A stretch of DNA of 64,000 nucleotides from Alphaproteobacteria bacterium (GCA_965228895.1 OZ245842.1:4224001-4288000), one strand, 5' to 3'; positions 49,282 to 59,938 are shown, counted from the first letter of the stretch. A program made the numbers and translations. Notes: generated from the letters alone by a model not told the origin.

Positions 49282-50022
49282 CTAGCCGATGTTGCCTAGC
49301 ACAGGGAACATATCGAGCAGCCAGTAGGAAAATGCGGAAAGCTGGTCGGTAATCATGGCGATGCCCATAACGATCATGATCACACCGGCTGCAATTTGAA
49401 GCAGACGACCTGCGCGACCGAACAACTTGAGACGAGCGGCGAGACCGTCAGTGAATGCAGCTGCAAGCAGGAACGGTACGCCGAGCCCGATTGAGTAGAC
49501 AGCGAGCAGCATCACGCCGTCGGCCACTGTGACCGACGTAGCGCTGACCGTCAGAATGGCACCTAGGACCGGCCCGATGCAGGGCGTCCAGCCAAACGCG
49601 AATGCCAGCCCCAGAAAGTATGCGCCAAGGGGTCGGCCGCCAGGAATTCTTGCGTGAAAACGGACATCGCGTTGAAGCCAAGGCAGCCTCAACATTCCAA
49701 GCATGAACAATCCGAACACAATGATGATCGCCCCGCCGACGATGTTCGTTTCGTAGCGATAACGTAAAAGCAATTGACCGAGGGCGGTGGCACTCGCCCC
49801 GAGAGCGACGAACACAGTGCTGAATCCGAGAACAAACAAGAGACTCAAGGACAACGCTGGCAGCCTGGCCGCTGGACCTCGCGGCTTCTGCGCGCCATGC
49901 AGAGTTTGACCGGCCACGTAGGAAACATAACCAGGCACCAATGGTAGTACGCAGGGCGATAGGAAGGAGATCGTACCCGCGGCGAAGGCTGTTAGGACGC
50001 CTATACTTGATAGTTCAAGCAT
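49282..50022 (-). CDS. ccdA: Cytochrome c biogenesis protein CcdA
   Basis: SFLSPCVLP and WTPCIGP. Confidence 0.93.
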   Translation of the reverse strand: MLELSSIGVLTAFAAGTISFLSPCVLPLVPGYVSYVAGQTLHGAQKPRGPAARLPALSLSLLFVLGFSTVFVALGASATALGQLLLRYRYETNIVGGAIIIVFGLFMLGMLRLPWLQRDVRFHARIPGGRPLGAYFLGLAFAFGWTPCIGPVLGAILTVSATSVTVADGVMLLAVYSIGLGVPFLLAAAFTDGLAARLKLFGRAGRLLQIAAGVIMIVMGIAMITDQLSAFSYWLLDMFPVLGNIG

Positions 50023-50227
50023 GTGTTCTCACAGGGCGGCCTCAGTCGACCACTCAAGATGAATAGACATCTCATCGCCAAGTCCGTAGGTGGCAGCCAT
50101 TGACGCACCGGCATGCAATCGATGGCCAGCCGACGAGTGGCGAGTTCTGACACTCTTGTCTTAACAATGCCATTCAGACACATCATATGATCTGCCTCCG
50201 TCTCAGCCGCTTCGACGACATGTTTGG

Positions 50228-50929
50228 TTACCATCCAAACAGACTAAGGAGTTCGTTCCAGAAGCCCTGTTCACTGTGACCGTGAGGGGCGCCGGCATTC
50301 GTAAGACCATTGATAAACAGAACCAGATTAGTTGGCTCAAATCGGAGGCCATGGAAGTTTCCGCGCCATCGTCCCTGACTGTCGATAACATGTGTCACCA
50401 CTCCGTGAACCTGATAGCCGTCCTCGGTCAGTGTGAAAGTGTGTCCGAAGCTTTCGGCGAGTGTCCGGGTGATGTCCTCCGGTTGGTCCGGCGTCTTCGT
50501 GAGGAAGATCCAGTTGGCGGAGTCGAGTCCGTGTGCCCGACCGTAGTCACTCAGCACCTCGGGCGTATCATTCTCGGGGTCCGTTGTGATGGTAATGAAC
50601 TGGACCAGCTCCTTCATCGGCGTCTGGTTGACCATCTCTTGTACTTCGGCGATGCGCTCGGCATGAAGCGGGCAGACATCGGGGCAGCCGGCGTAGATGA
50701 AATTGAGCACAACGACTTTGCCTAGGAAATCCGAGAGCCGAACAGGTTCCCCATCGGTCGACTGCAAAGAGAAGTCCGGTGACTCGCGGTCGAGCGGCTG
50801 GAAGAACTCCTCTTTGTCACCTAGCATTGCCTCGAGATCGTCAAGCGAATGCGCCGAGGCCGACGTTACGCTTGCGACAGCGAAGGCCAGTACCGCAAGG
50901 GCCGCAAGAGCCTGTCTCATCGAAGACAA
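50228..50929 (-). CDS. SCO family protein
   Basis: CPDVCP, TDPEND and a distal His. Confidence 0.88.
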   Translation of the reverse strand: MSSMRQALAALAVLAFAVASVTSASAHSLDDLEAMLGDKEEFFQPLDRESPDFSLQSTDGEPVRLSDFLGKVVVLNFIYAGCPDVCPLHAERIAEVQEMVNQTPMKELVQFITITTDPENDTPEVLSDYGRAHGLDSANWIFLTKTPDQPEDITRTLAESFGHTFTLTEDGYQVHGVVTHVIDSQGRWRGNFHGLRFEPTNLVLFINGLTNAGAPHGHSEQGFWNELLSLFGW

Positions 50930-50954
50930 CTTCGGGGCGAAAGCGTGAGGGGCC

Positions 50955-50978
50955 GGCCGGAGGCACGCACCTCCGGCC
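50955..50978. other. Intergenic stem-loop
   Basis: GGCCGGAGG-cacgca-CCTCCGGCC. No U-tract, so it may be a stability element rather than a terminator. Confidence 0.4.
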
Positions 50979-50993
50979 TGACCTTCCTAAGTA

Positions 50994-51266
50994 TCACCCC
51001 TCGTTCTCAACCGACAAATCTTGCTTCTCCTGCGTCTTCGTCCCGTGGTCGGCCATGTCCTGCATCATTTCGTTACAGGTCGTCATCATGTCACTCATCT
51101 GCTGCATCATGCCCATCATGTCCATCATTTCGCCCTGGCCGCTCTGCATCACGTCGCTGGGCGCTTCGGAATCGGGGGTATCGGCATAGGCGTAGAGAGC
51201 CGACCCAGCCATAAAGACGGTAAGGACTGCCGTAACGGTCATGATCTTCTTCAGAGGCTTGCGCAT
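50994..51266 (-). CDS. Small exported Met-rich protein (putative Cu binder)
   Basis: Signal peptide, then MMDMMGMMQQMSDMMTTCNEMM. Confidence 0.75.
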   Translation of the reverse strand: MRKPLKKIMTVTAVLTVFMAGSALYAYADTPDSEAPSDVMQSGQGEMMDMMGMMQQMSDMMTTCNEMMQDMADHGTKTQEKQDLSVENEG

Positions 51267-51457
51267 AATTTGGTTTCCTTTCGTTTGCCGTGCCAGTGCG
51301 GTGTCACACTGGGAGCGACGGCACTCATCTCGCCCAGTCATATGTCTGCGCCACCTCACAACGTTGGTCTCAAGAAGCTTGGTGTTTTCGGGTGCAGGAA
51401 CGTTAAAGGTCAATCGTGTGGTCCTCATGCCAACTTGTGCTTCTGTTTCGAAAACGT

Positions 51458-52117
51458 TCAGGGGCCGGATGTTGTGGTACCGTGTTTGCCCATTGGACAG
51501 TTGCACTCACCGCCGGTGGTCATCACGAGAAGCCGACTCAAGAAGCTCACCATGGCCTCGCTGTCCCACACCGCCGGACCGACGAGACGGCCCAACTCGC
51601 GCCCGCTTGGGCCGATCAGCAACGTCGAAGGAATGCCAAATACGGCGAGATCTTGGGTGGCTCTGCCCGTAGGATCGACGTAGATTGAGAGGGCCCTCAA
51701 GTCCAATTCCTCGTAAAATTCCCTCACCGGAGTCAATCCCCCGCGGTCGATTGATAGGGGTAAGACTTGGAAGTCAGAACTGCCAAGCCTGGCCTGTAGG
51801 CGGTCAAGTGCCGGCATCTCCTCGCGGCATGGAACGCACCAAGTCGCCCAGACATTGAGAAGCACCATCTGTCCGTCGAATGGTTCCAGTGTCATGTCGC
51901 GACCTTCGCCATCCATAAAGGCGAACTGCGGCAGGGGTTTTGGCGTGTCATGCAGCGGAATGGCGAGATCCGTCTCCGGCAGCATGCCTTCACCAAGCGT
52001 ATCCGGTGCTAGCGACTCGATTGTCCCTGCCGTATCGTCCATCGAGATGAAGGTTGCTCCAACGACAAGGGCGGTGAGTGCGGACGCTAAGGTGGCCAAA
52101 ATTACGATGCGGCGCAT
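51458..52117 (-). CDS. TlpA-family thioredoxin
   Basis: NVWATWCVPCREEMP, C-terminal CNC. Confidence 0.9.
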   Translation of the reverse strand: MRRIVILATLASALTALVVGATFISMDDTAGTIESLAPDTLGEGMLPETDLAIPLHDTPKPLPQFAFMDGEGRDMTLEPFDGQMVLLNVWATWCVPCREEMPALDRLQARLGSSDFQVLPLSIDRGGLTPVREFYEELDLRALSIYVDPTGRATQDLAVFGIPSTLLIGPSGRELGRLVGPAVWDSEAMVSFLSRLLVMTTGGECNCPMGKHGTTTSGP

Positions 52118-52184
52118 GGCAACGTCCTTTGGAAGATCAAAGGGGCCCGTCCGGCCGTGCGGCCTAACTTCCTGCCTACATCGC

Positions 52185-52755
52185 TCATTGTCGGAGCTCC
52201 TGAAGCAACGGAGCTATCGTGTCCCGATACACGTCTGGAGTGATCGGCCCGATCTGCTTGAAGACAATCCTTCCGTCTTCGTCGACGACAAACGTTTCGG
52301 GTACGCCGTAGACGCCCCAATCGATCGAAACTCGGCCGTTGAGATCGGCGCCGGTCCGCGTATACGGGTCGCCGAGTTCGTCGAGCCACTGGGCAGCATC
52401 CTCGGGACTATCCTTGTAATTAATGCCGTGGATCGGAACGATGCCCTCCTCCCTGAGTCTCATGAAGACCGGATGCTCCAGACGGCAGGACGTGCACCAC
52501 GACGCGAATACGTTGACCAGCGACACTTCTCCCTTGAGATCCGAGCTCGAAAGACCCAGCGTTCGTCCCTCAACAGGTGGTAGGGCGAACTCGGGGACCG
52601 ACTTGCCGATCAGTGCCGAGGGGATTTCCCCTGGATCTCTTGTGAGCCCCACGCCGAGCGCCACAACAAGTGCTATGAACAGGATGACTGGGACAAAGAA
52701 CGCTAATCGCGGCCGGCTCTTTTGCTGGTCGGTTCGTGAAACAGTCGGCGACGGA

Positions 52756-52769
<14 letters not shown>
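52185..52769 (-). CDS. dsbE: DsbE/CcmG thiol:disulfide interchange protein, second paralog
   Basis: NVFASWCTSC, GINYKD, YGVPETF. Confidence 0.9.
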
Positions 52770-52944
<175 letters not shown>

Positions 52945-53022
52945 CGAGCTGCCTCCTGTTTATCAACATGTGCAGTGGTGGGCACTGTCTGCCACGCAAT
53001 GCGGTGCCAGCTGCAACTCCGC

Positions 53023-53469
53023 TCATTCGACCGCGTAGACCTGTGGTGCGCCTTCGCCGACCTCATAGATTGTGAAAGGGGCAGTCTTGCTACCTCCCAT
53101 ACCGGGTGATCCCAACGGCATGCCGGGCAGCGTGACCCCGATGATATCGGGGCGCTCGGTGACGAGTTGATTGACGGTGTCCACCGGCACGTGACCACTG
53201 ACGACATAACCGTCGATGAACGCGAGATGGCAGCCCTGAAAATCTTCGGGGATACCAGCCTCTCGGCTCATGGCTACAAGTTCGTGGGTCGGTTCGACGG
53301 TGACGGTGAAACCATTCTCGCGCAGATAGTCGGCATAGTTCTCGCAGCAACCGCACTGAGGATTTTTGTAGAGGGTTACTTCTTCGGCCTGAGCATTTGG
53401 ACTGGCAAGCAAATAACTTCCCCCGGCAATCGCGCCTGCGGCTGCCAGGGCCATGATTATCCTAAGCAT
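53023..53469 (-). CDS. DUF411/CopG-like metal-binding protein
   Basis: CGCC, GCH, GHVP, PGMPLGSPGM. Confidence 0.9.
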   Translation of the reverse strand: MLRIIMALAAAGAIAGGSYLLASPNAQAEEVTLYKNPQCGCCENYADYLRENGFTVTVEPTHELVAMSREAGIPEDFQGCHLAFIDGYVVSGHVPVDTVNQLVTERPDIIGVTLPGMPLGSPGMGGSKTAPFTIYEVGEGAPQVYAVE

Positions 53470-54964
53470 CGTTGTTGTCTCCTTGTGTCGAGGTTGAGGC
53501 GACGCGGATGACACCCATCATCCCGGACGCCAAGTGTTCGAGGATGTGACAGTGGAACATCCAATCACCAACATTGTCGGCTACGAACGCGATTTCGACC
53601 CGCTCGCGCGGCGCCATCAATACCGTGTCCTGCCACTCGCGGTACGGTGTCGACTTGCCGTTGCGGGACAATACGCGGAAGGAGTGGCCGTGCAGATGGA
53701 TCGGATGATGCCATGCGGTCGCATTGGTCATGGCGATGACGTGACTTCGATCTTGTTCGAGGGTGAGCATTGGGTCCATGACGTGGCCTTCGGCGGCCAC
53801 GCCGTTGATGAACCAGATCTTGCCGGAGTGCATCATATCCATCATGGAACCCATGTTCCCCATCATCCCGCTGGAGGAACCGTCGCCCATACTGCCGCCC
53901 ATTTCCTGCATCACCATTCCGCCCATCATGCCACCGTTGAACACGACGTCGTGGCGAACGGCATCGCCCAGGTCCGGTTCCGGTAGAGGATTGGCCGGAA
54001 GCGCTATCGGCCAGTCCGGCGCATGGTCCCTGAGCGGCGCGTCGGCATAGGCGAGATCGACAAGCCGATATTCGAGCCCTTGGTAATACCCGTCGATCAC
54101 CGAGAGATTGCTGCTTGGCTCGCCCGTCATGTCGAGAACTAGATCAACGCGCATGGCCGGACCCAGAACGACCAGACCATCGTTGGGTGTGTGTGGTGCC
54201 ACCGGTTGGCCGTCGAGTGCGATGACGAGCGGTTCGTGGCCCTGGAAGTCAAGGCCGAAGATTCGCGCATTTGCCGCGTTGATGAGACGCAAACGGATTC
54301 GCTCTCCTGTTCGTACTGCAAACGCGTCCGGCACCTGGCCATTGATCGTGACCGTGTTGCCGACCCGACCGTTGTGGCTCATGTCGTGACCATTGCCGAA
54401 GTCATCGCTGATTGCGGCGGACGGCGTGAGCCGCCAATCGTCCAGCACCCAGGTCACGTCACGGTCGACGCGGACCGGTTCGGACTCTTCAATGATGAGA
54501 GGACCATATAGGCCACGTCCAACCTGCTCGAAGCCGCGTAGGTGCGGGTGATACCAGAAGGTTCCGGCGTCAACGGCGTCGAACTCGTAGGTAAATGTTT
54601 CGCCGGGGTGGATCGGCTTTTGCGTTAGGTACGGCACTCCGTCCATGGCGTTCGGCACGCGCAGGCCGTGCCAGTGAACGGTCGTCTCCTCGTCGAGACC
54701 GTTCTCGACAGCTATACGGAGACGATCACCTTGGCGCACGCGGATTTCCGGACCGGGGACGCTGCCGTCGTAACACCAGGCGGCCGTTTGCCCATTCAGT
54801 TCAGGGACAATGCGGACGCGGCCAGGTGCCGCCCGCAGTCCCACCTCGGTTGCAGGCGCTGCGTGGACCGACGATGAATGCGAGAAAGGAAGCATCGCAC
54901 CGGCGGCAGCACTCGATGCAAGAAAAGTGCGACGCGTCAGAATCGACGAATGAAAACTGGACAT
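53462..54964 (-). CDS. Tat-exported multicopper oxidase (CopA/CueO-like)
   Basis: TRRTFL, HWHG, WYHPH, Met-rich loop, HPIHLH, HCHILEH. Confidence 0.93.
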   Translation of the reverse strand: MSSFHSSILTRRTFLASSAAAGAMLPFSHSSSVHAAPATEVGLRAAPGRVRIVPELNGQTAAWCYDGSVPGPEIRVRQGDRLRIAVENGLDEETTVHWHGLRVPNAMDGVPYLTQKPIHPGETFTYEFDAVDAGTFWYHPHLRGFEQVGRGLYGPLIIEESEPVRVDRDVTWVLDDWRLTPSAAISDDFGNGHDMSHNGRVGNTVTINGQVPDAFAVRTGERIRLRLINAANARIFGLDFQGHEPLVIALDGQPVAPHTPNDGLVVLGPAMRVDLVLDMTGEPSSNLSVIDGYYQGLEYRLVDLAYADAPLRDHAPDWPIALPANPLPEPDLGDAVRHDVVFNGGMMGGMVMQEMGGSMGDGSSSGMMGNMGSMMDMMHSGKIWFINGVAAEGHVMDPMLTLEQDRSHVIAMTNATAWHHPIHLHGHSFRVLSRNGKSTPYREWQDTVLMAPRERVEIAFVADNVGDWMFHCHILEHLASGMMGVIRVASTSTQGDNNDA

Positions 54965-55105
54965 CGGTGACCCACCCTGTAGGCCGTCTGTCTGGATTGC
55001 AGGATGTCGCCTTGGTCGCATCCCGCGGTACAGTTGCAACACACGTTGTATCTACACCGTGCATCGCAAGCCGACGCCGCTATCCGGATGAAGATCCGGC
55101 CGGCG

Positions 55106-55432
55106 TCAGTTCAGGGTGAGAGATCGAGGAGGATCCGGGTCGGGATGGCCCGCGCGACCCACGTCATTGCGCGGGGCAGTTTCGGCGGTGTGTTGCCCAA
55201 CCAGAGATTGGAGACCTTTGTCAGCATCCACCATCGCCAAGAGAGGCGACACGCAGACGTTATCGCACAATGATGTGGAGTCATCGTCGCTGCCACAACC
55301 ATCACAATCGGCCATGTCCATACCGGCAGCATCTGACACGGCCACACTCGTCGCGTTTGCCGTATTCACTACAGCCCCCGCCACAAACGCAGCGAGAAGT
55401 GCAACAAGTGATATGCGCAAGAAAGTCTTCAC
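55106..55432 (-). CDS. Small exported Cys-rich protein (CopL-like)
   Basis: Signal peptide, CDGC, CDNVC and a PDPDPPR tail. Upstream of the MCO. Confidence 0.65.
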   Translation of the reverse strand: MKTFLRISLVALLAAFVAGAVVNTANATSVAVSDAAGMDMADCDGCGSDDDSTSLCDNVCVSPLLAMVDADKGLQSLVGQHTAETAPRNDVGRAGHPDPDPPRSLTLN

Positions 55433-55489
55433 AAGCGGACAGATTGGGTATTTTCACGATTTTGTCAAGACTCGCATTGCCGCCGGCGA

Positions 55490-55634
55490 CGAGCTTGCCA
55501 CCTCGGCCCACAAGGTCTCGGGCTTGGGCGAAGCGATCGAAATAGCAGTGGCAAGCCTCCTGCATCTCCCACCCAGTCCGTCCGATTTCAACTTGATCGA
55601 AATAACCTTCTCGAAGCTCAAGACACTTCTGTGA
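55490..55634 (+). pseudogene. IS630 transposase C-terminal remnant
   Basis: AHKVSG..EAIE...LLHLPPSPSDFNLIEITFSKLK versus canonical LPPYSPDFNPIE. Confidence 0.65.
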
Positions 55635-55652
55635 ACGGTGGGTGCTCGATGA

Positions 55653-56057
55653 TTAGACTGCCTCTCTAAACAAAGCGTCGATGACCGGGCACTCGGGCAC
55701 CTCTCCGCCGTCGCATTGGGAAGCCATATCTTTCAGGACTCTTTCCAACCTGCGAAGATCAACAATCTTGAGGCGTACTTGATCAACATGATCGAGGGTG
55801 ATCGCCTTCACCTCGGCACATGAGTAGTCTCCGCCATCGACAAGACGAAGCAGGCTGCGCACCTCTTCCAATGTAAATCCTAACTCGCGGCTTCGACGAA
55901 TGAAGGTTAGCCGTTTCAAGTGCTCGGCACCGTATAGCCGGTAACCGCCCTGGGAGCGAGGTGGCGGGGGCAGCAGTTCAATCCGCTCGTAGTAGCGGAT
56001 CGTCTCGATGTTGCAGCCGGTGCGCTTTGAAAGCATTCCAATTTGGATGGGCGCCAT
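55653..56057 (-). CDS. merR: Mercury-responsive regulator
   Basis: ETIRYYE and a Cys triad. Divergent from merT. Confidence 0.9.
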   Translation of the reverse strand: MAPIQIGMLSKRTGCNIETIRYYERIELLPPPPRSQGGYRLYGAEHLKRLTFIRRSRELGFTLEEVRSLLRLVDGGDYSCAEVKAITLDHVDQVRLKIVDLRRLERVLKDMASQCDGGEVPECPVIDALFREAV

Positions 56058-56067
56058 GCTTTTTTCC

Positions 56068-56098
56068 TTGAGCCTGTAGTTACTACAGACGCCACTAT
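56068..56098 (+). promoter_or_regulatory. mer operator/promoter
   Basis: TTGAGC, 19-bp spacer CTGTAGTTACTACAGACGC, then CACTAT. Confidence 0.8.
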
Positions 56099-56131
56099 AT
56101 CAAGCAAGGCGACAAACGGGAGCCTGAGATC

Positions 56132-56527
56132 GTGACCGAAGTTCAGGACGCGGCACCGACCGCGAAGCAACAGCATCAAGCCAGGCCGGCCGTGGTGGCG
56201 GGCGCAAGCGTACTCGGCGCTATTGCGGCCTCGTCATGCTGCATTGTCCCCCTGGTGCTTTTCAGTCTCGGTGTCAGCGGTGCATGGTTGGGCAATCTGA
56301 CCGCTCTTGCACCGTATCAGCCGATCTTTGTCACAGTCACGGTCGGCTCACTCGTTGGCGGGTTCTGGATGGTGTACCGCAAGCCAAAGGTGGCCTGCGC
56401 GGAAGGGGCGCATTGCGCGCGCCCAGTCCCCCGCCGGATTGTAGAGCTCGCGTTGTGGAGTGCAACAGCGCTGGTCATTGTGGCCGTGGCTTTCCCCTTT
56501 GTTGCGCCGGCACTGCTGGGTAATTGA
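56132..56527 (+). CDS. merT: Mercuric transporter MerT
   Basis: ASSCC, GAWLGNLTALAPYQP and a second Cys pair. Confidence 0.92.
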   Translation: MTEVQDAAPTAKQQHQARPAVVAGASVLGAIAASSCCIVPLVLFSLGVSGAWLGNLTALAPYQPIFVTVTVGSLVGGFWMVYRKPKVACAEGAHCARPVPRRIVELALWSATALVIVAVAFPFVAPALLGN

Positions 56528-56546
56528 ACGAAGGAGAATGTGGACC

Positions 56547-56843
56547 ATGAGACAGCTTCTTGCCGCCATGACTACCGTCATGACACTGGCAGCATCCCAC
56601 GGTGCCTTGGCCGATGAGCAGACTGTCACCCTCACGGTGGACAACATGTCCTGCGTGACTTGTCCTTATATGGTGCAACGAACGTTGGCAGATGTGGATG
56701 GCGTGTCAGACGTTGACGTGTCCTTCGAGGACAAAACCGCTGTCGTGATCTTCGACGATAACAAGACCGATGTGGCCGCATTGACGGCAGCTACCACTGC
56801 CATCGGGTTTCCCTCTCAGCTTGTTGAGGTGGCAACGCCATGA
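56547..56843 (+). CDS. merP: Periplasmic mercury-binding protein MerP
   Basis: Signal peptide, MSCVTC, GFPS, AAGGAG RBS. Confidence 0.88.
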   Translation: MRQLLAAMTTVMTLAASHGALADEQTVTLTVDNMSCVTCPYMVQRTLADVDGVSDVDVSFEDKTAVVIFDDNKTDVAALTAATTAIGFPSQLVEVATP

Positions 56844-57109
56844 GCCACACGCCGATTTTGGCATTCGCTGCCGCAGCCCTCATAGCCCCACTGCTCATCG
56901 TTTGTTGCCTCGGCCCTACAGTCGCGATTTTGGCTGTTGTCTGGACATCAGGTTGGCTTAGCGGGCTAGATCTCGCCACGACAGCGGCACTGGCTATCCT
57001 GGCCGGAGTTTTTGCCTATGGGCTCCTCTGGTCAAGGAAATTGAAAGCCGGTGGCAATGACGCCAGTCATGCTCTCCGCTCACTACCATTTGACAGAGGT
57101 TCGATGTGA
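56840..57109 (+). CDS. Small membrane protein with vicinal Cys (MerF/MerE-like)
   Basis: LIVCCLGP and two to three TM segments. Translationally coupled in the mer operon. Confidence 0.65.
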   Translation: MSHTPILAFAAAALIAPLLIVCCLGPTVAILAVVWTSGWLSGLDLATTAALAILAGVFAYGLLWSRKLKAGGNDASHALRSLPFDRGSM

Positions 57110-57504
57110 CCAACCGTAAACTACTTGGCATCGGCATATCGGGAACCGTGATAGCCGCCATCTGCTGCTTTACGCCCGTTCTCGTCATTCTCGTCGGATT
57201 CGCCGGACTGTCGGCGGTTGTCGGCTGGTTGGACTATGGCCTATTCCCAATTTTGTTCGCTTTTATGGCGTTGGTCGCCTATGCGCTCTATCTGCGCTTT
57301 GGTCGCGTTGGTCGATCGCCAGTGTTGGTGATCGCGGCCGCTGTTGTCATGCTTTCCGCTGTGCTCTTCTGGCTAGAGTTCAAGTACGCACTGGGTGTTT
57401 TCATCGCAACTGGCGTCGGGATTGCCCTTTACGCCTTGTACCTGAGCGTCCGTGCGCGGCGGGGAAACCGTCGGGTGCCTGAAACTAGGGAAACTTTCTC
57501 ATGA
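57106..57504 (+). CDS. merF: MerF mercury transporter with a two-TM extension
   Basis: AAICCFTPVLV, GWLDY.L.P. Confidence 0.85.
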   Translation: MTNRKLLGIGISGTVIAAICCFTPVLVILVGFAGLSAVVGWLDYGLFPILFAFMALVAYALYLRFGRVGRSPVLVIAAAVVMLSAVLFWLEFKYALGVFIATGVGIALYALYLSVRARRGNRRVPETRETFS

Positions 57505-58931
57505 GCAAAATTTGCTGCCCACCATCGAACAGAGAGGATCGCTTCGATCTTGCTGTCATTGGTGCAGGGTCGGCTGGCTTCTCCGCGGCAATCACGGCCG
57601 CCGATCAGGGCGCGCACGTGGCGCTGATTGGTCACGGAACAATCGGTGGAACCTGCGTCAACGTTGGCTGTGTGCCGTCAAAAACCATGATTCGGGTAGC
57701 GGAAGCACTGCACGGCGCGCACGCGGCTGCTCGGTTCGATGGAATCGTTGCCGAGAGCCGCGTTGTCGATTGGCGAAAACTCGTCGCGCAAAAAGACGAA
57801 CTCGTTGGAACACTCCGGCAGCAGAAATACATTGATCTACTGCCGGCTTACAACAGCATCGCTTATTTGGAAGGTGCGGCGCGGTTCGGGGCGGACGGCA
57901 TTGCTGTCAACGAAACAACTCTGTCGGCAGCGAAGACCATCATCGCGACCGGATCATCGGCAGCCGACCCGAAGATTCCGGGTTTGGACAACATTTCGTA
58001 TCTCACGAGCACAACTGCACTCGAACTAACGAAGTTACCTCGATCCCTTCTGGTAATTGGCGGCGGCTATATTGGCTGTGAGCTTGCGCAGATGTTTGCG
58101 CGCGCCGGTGTAGAGGTCTCACTTGTAACCCGTAGCCGTCTCTTGCCCGAGGCGGAACCAGAGATTTCGGAAGCTCTAACAGAATATTTCAAGGACGAAG
58201 GGATCACGTATCGATCAGGGCTCAGCTATCGCCAGATTGTAGCCACGACAAGTGGTGCCGCCTTGACAATTGACCAGGGCGGCAACGTCGAAACGATAGA
58301 GGCTCAAGCAGTCCTGGTTACGACAGGACGCCGACCAAACACAGTCGGGCTTGGACTTGCGGAAGCTGGGATAATGCTCGGAGAGCATGGTGGTGTACTC
58401 ATCGATGACCGTATGCGCACGACAATTCCGGGTGTGTACGCAGCTGGCGATGTAACCGGACAAGACCAGTTCGTCTACATGGCGGCTTATGGGGCGAAGC
58501 TTGCGGCGCTCAATGCCCTAAACGGCGACAGCCTCAGCTACGACAACAGTGCGATGCCCTGGGTCGTCTTTACCGATCCCCAGGTTGCCGGTGTTGGGCT
58601 CAGCGAGACCGCAGCGCAATCGGCTGGCTATACAACAAAAGTGTCGGTGCTCCCCTTGAACCATGTTCCCCGTGCACTGGCCGCACGAGACACTCGGGGC
58701 CTCATAAAATTGGTTGCGGACACCAAGACTGATCGACTTCTGGGCGCACAGATCCTCGCCCCCGAAGGTGCGGACAGCATTCAGACTGCCGTTCTTGCTA
58801 TCAAACTTGGGATGACGGCCAAACAGCTAGGGGAAACGATCTTTCCCTACCTCACGACCGTCGAAGGCTTGAAGCTTGCCGCTCAGACCTTCGACATGGA
58901 CGTGACCAAATTGTCGTGTTGTGCGGGCTAG
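57501..58931 (+). CDS. merA: Mercuric reductase lacking an NmerA domain
   Basis: GGTCVNVGCVPSK, FPYLT, C-terminal LSCCAG. Confidence 0.96.
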   Translation: MSKICCPPSNREDRFDLAVIGAGSAGFSAAITAADQGAHVALIGHGTIGGTCVNVGCVPSKTMIRVAEALHGAHAAARFDGIVAESRVVDWRKLVAQKDELVGTLRQQKYIDLLPAYNSIAYLEGAARFGADGIAVNETTLSAAKTIIATGSSAADPKIPGLDNISYLTSTTALELTKLPRSLLVIGGGYIGCELAQMFARAGVEVSLVTRSRLLPEAEPEISEALTEYFKDEGITYRSGLSYRQIVATTSGAALTIDQGGNVETIEAQAVLVTTGRRPNTVGLGLAEAGIMLGEHGGVLIDDRMRTTIPGVYAAGDVTGQDQFVYMAAYGAKLAALNALNGDSLSYDNSAMPWVVFTDPQVAGVGLSETAAQSAGYTTKVSVLPLNHVPRALAARDTRGLIKLVADTKTDRLLGAQILAPEGADSIQTAVLAIKLGMTAKQLGETIFPYLTTVEGLKLAAQTFDMDVTKLSCCAG

Positions 58932-58961
58932 GAACCGGAAAAGCGAAAACGGGAGCGCCCC

Positions 58962-59564
58962 ATGTTGAAGAAGTGTGATTTTTACACGGTCGCCGCCCCG
59001 TTTGCGTTGATCGTGGGGTTCTGCTGGGTCTACGTCGCTATGGTCTTCCTGAAAATTCCCGGGTGGCCGGCTATGGTCGGGATGGCCGGCTATTACGCAG
59101 TAGGCGGCCTCGCTTGCCATGAGCGACATGACAATGGGTCAAAGTCGCTCAAGGGGTTGATGCTCGGTGTCGTTGCTAGTTGGGTTGCAGTGTCGGTCTG
59201 GACGTACTTTTTTAAGGGCAATCCTGTCGCCATGGGACTTGCGATGGGGATCATCGTTGTCGCACTTGTCCTGTCGACCAAGCTGCGCTTTTGGGGCGAC
59301 AACCATTTCATTGCGATGCCTCAAGCTTTCCTGGGTGCGACGATCTATTTTGGCTTGTTCAACACCTTCATGATGGCGGAGGGCGCACAGCCCGGATTGC
59401 TGTTTGGGTCATTACGATCGCTGGCGCTCATGGGGCCAGCACAGCCTCATATTGCTGGTGTTCTCGGTGTTCTTTCGGTTCTGGTCGGCGTGCTTTTGGG
59501 TCTGGTTCACCAGAACGTCTCTCTCTATTTCGCAGGGGCGAAACCTTCGTATGACAAGTCATGA
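58962..59564 (+). CDS. Membrane protein (DUF1097-like)
   Basis: About six TM segments, PGWPAMVG..GYYA.G, P.AFLG...YF. Confidence 0.65.
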   Translation: MLKKCDFYTVAAPFALIVGFCWVYVAMVFLKIPGWPAMVGMAGYYAVGGLACHERHDNGSKSLKGLMLGVVASWVAVSVWTYFFKGNPVAMGLAMGIIVVALVLSTKLRFWGDNHFIAMPQAFLGATIYFGLFNTFMMAEGAQPGLLFGSLRSLALMGPAQPHIAGVLGVLSVLVGVLLGLVHQNVSLYFAGAKPSYDKS

Positions 59565-59938
59565 ACGATGTGGCTCAAGAGCAACGAGATTGGGTCGGCA
59601 GTCCGTTCAGCCGCATTGTTGCGTGGGGTCTACCAACAGCCGCGTTGGCCGTCGGTACTTTCTTGGACCCATCGGCCAGAACATGGATCTGGGCCGTGGC
59701 TCTTGCCTGGATGGGGATTGCGTGCGTGGCCAATGCAACGCGCTGTGGCCGTCGGCACTGTTACCTTACCGGGCCGTTCTTCCTCGTAATGGCCGTAGCG
59801 GTTCTGCTTCATGGGCTCCAAATTGTGTGGCTTGGACCGCAGGGTTGGCTGTGGCTAGGAGTGGTGTTTGTTGTCGGTGGCTACGGCGTACTTTGGATTT
59901 TGCCGGTGCTTGTCTGGGGCAAGTTTGTACGTCGATAA
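59561..59938 (+). CDS. Membrane protein with C-x5-C-x4-C (mer-associated hypothetical)
   Basis: ACVANATRCGRRHCYLTGPFF and four TM segments. Confidence 0.75.
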   Translation: MNDVAQEQRDWVGSPFSRIVAWGLPTAALAVGTFLDPSARTWIWAVALAWMGIACVANATRCGRRHCYLTGPFFLVMAVAVLLHGLQIVWLGPQGWLWLGVVFVVGGYGVLWILPVLVWGKFVRR

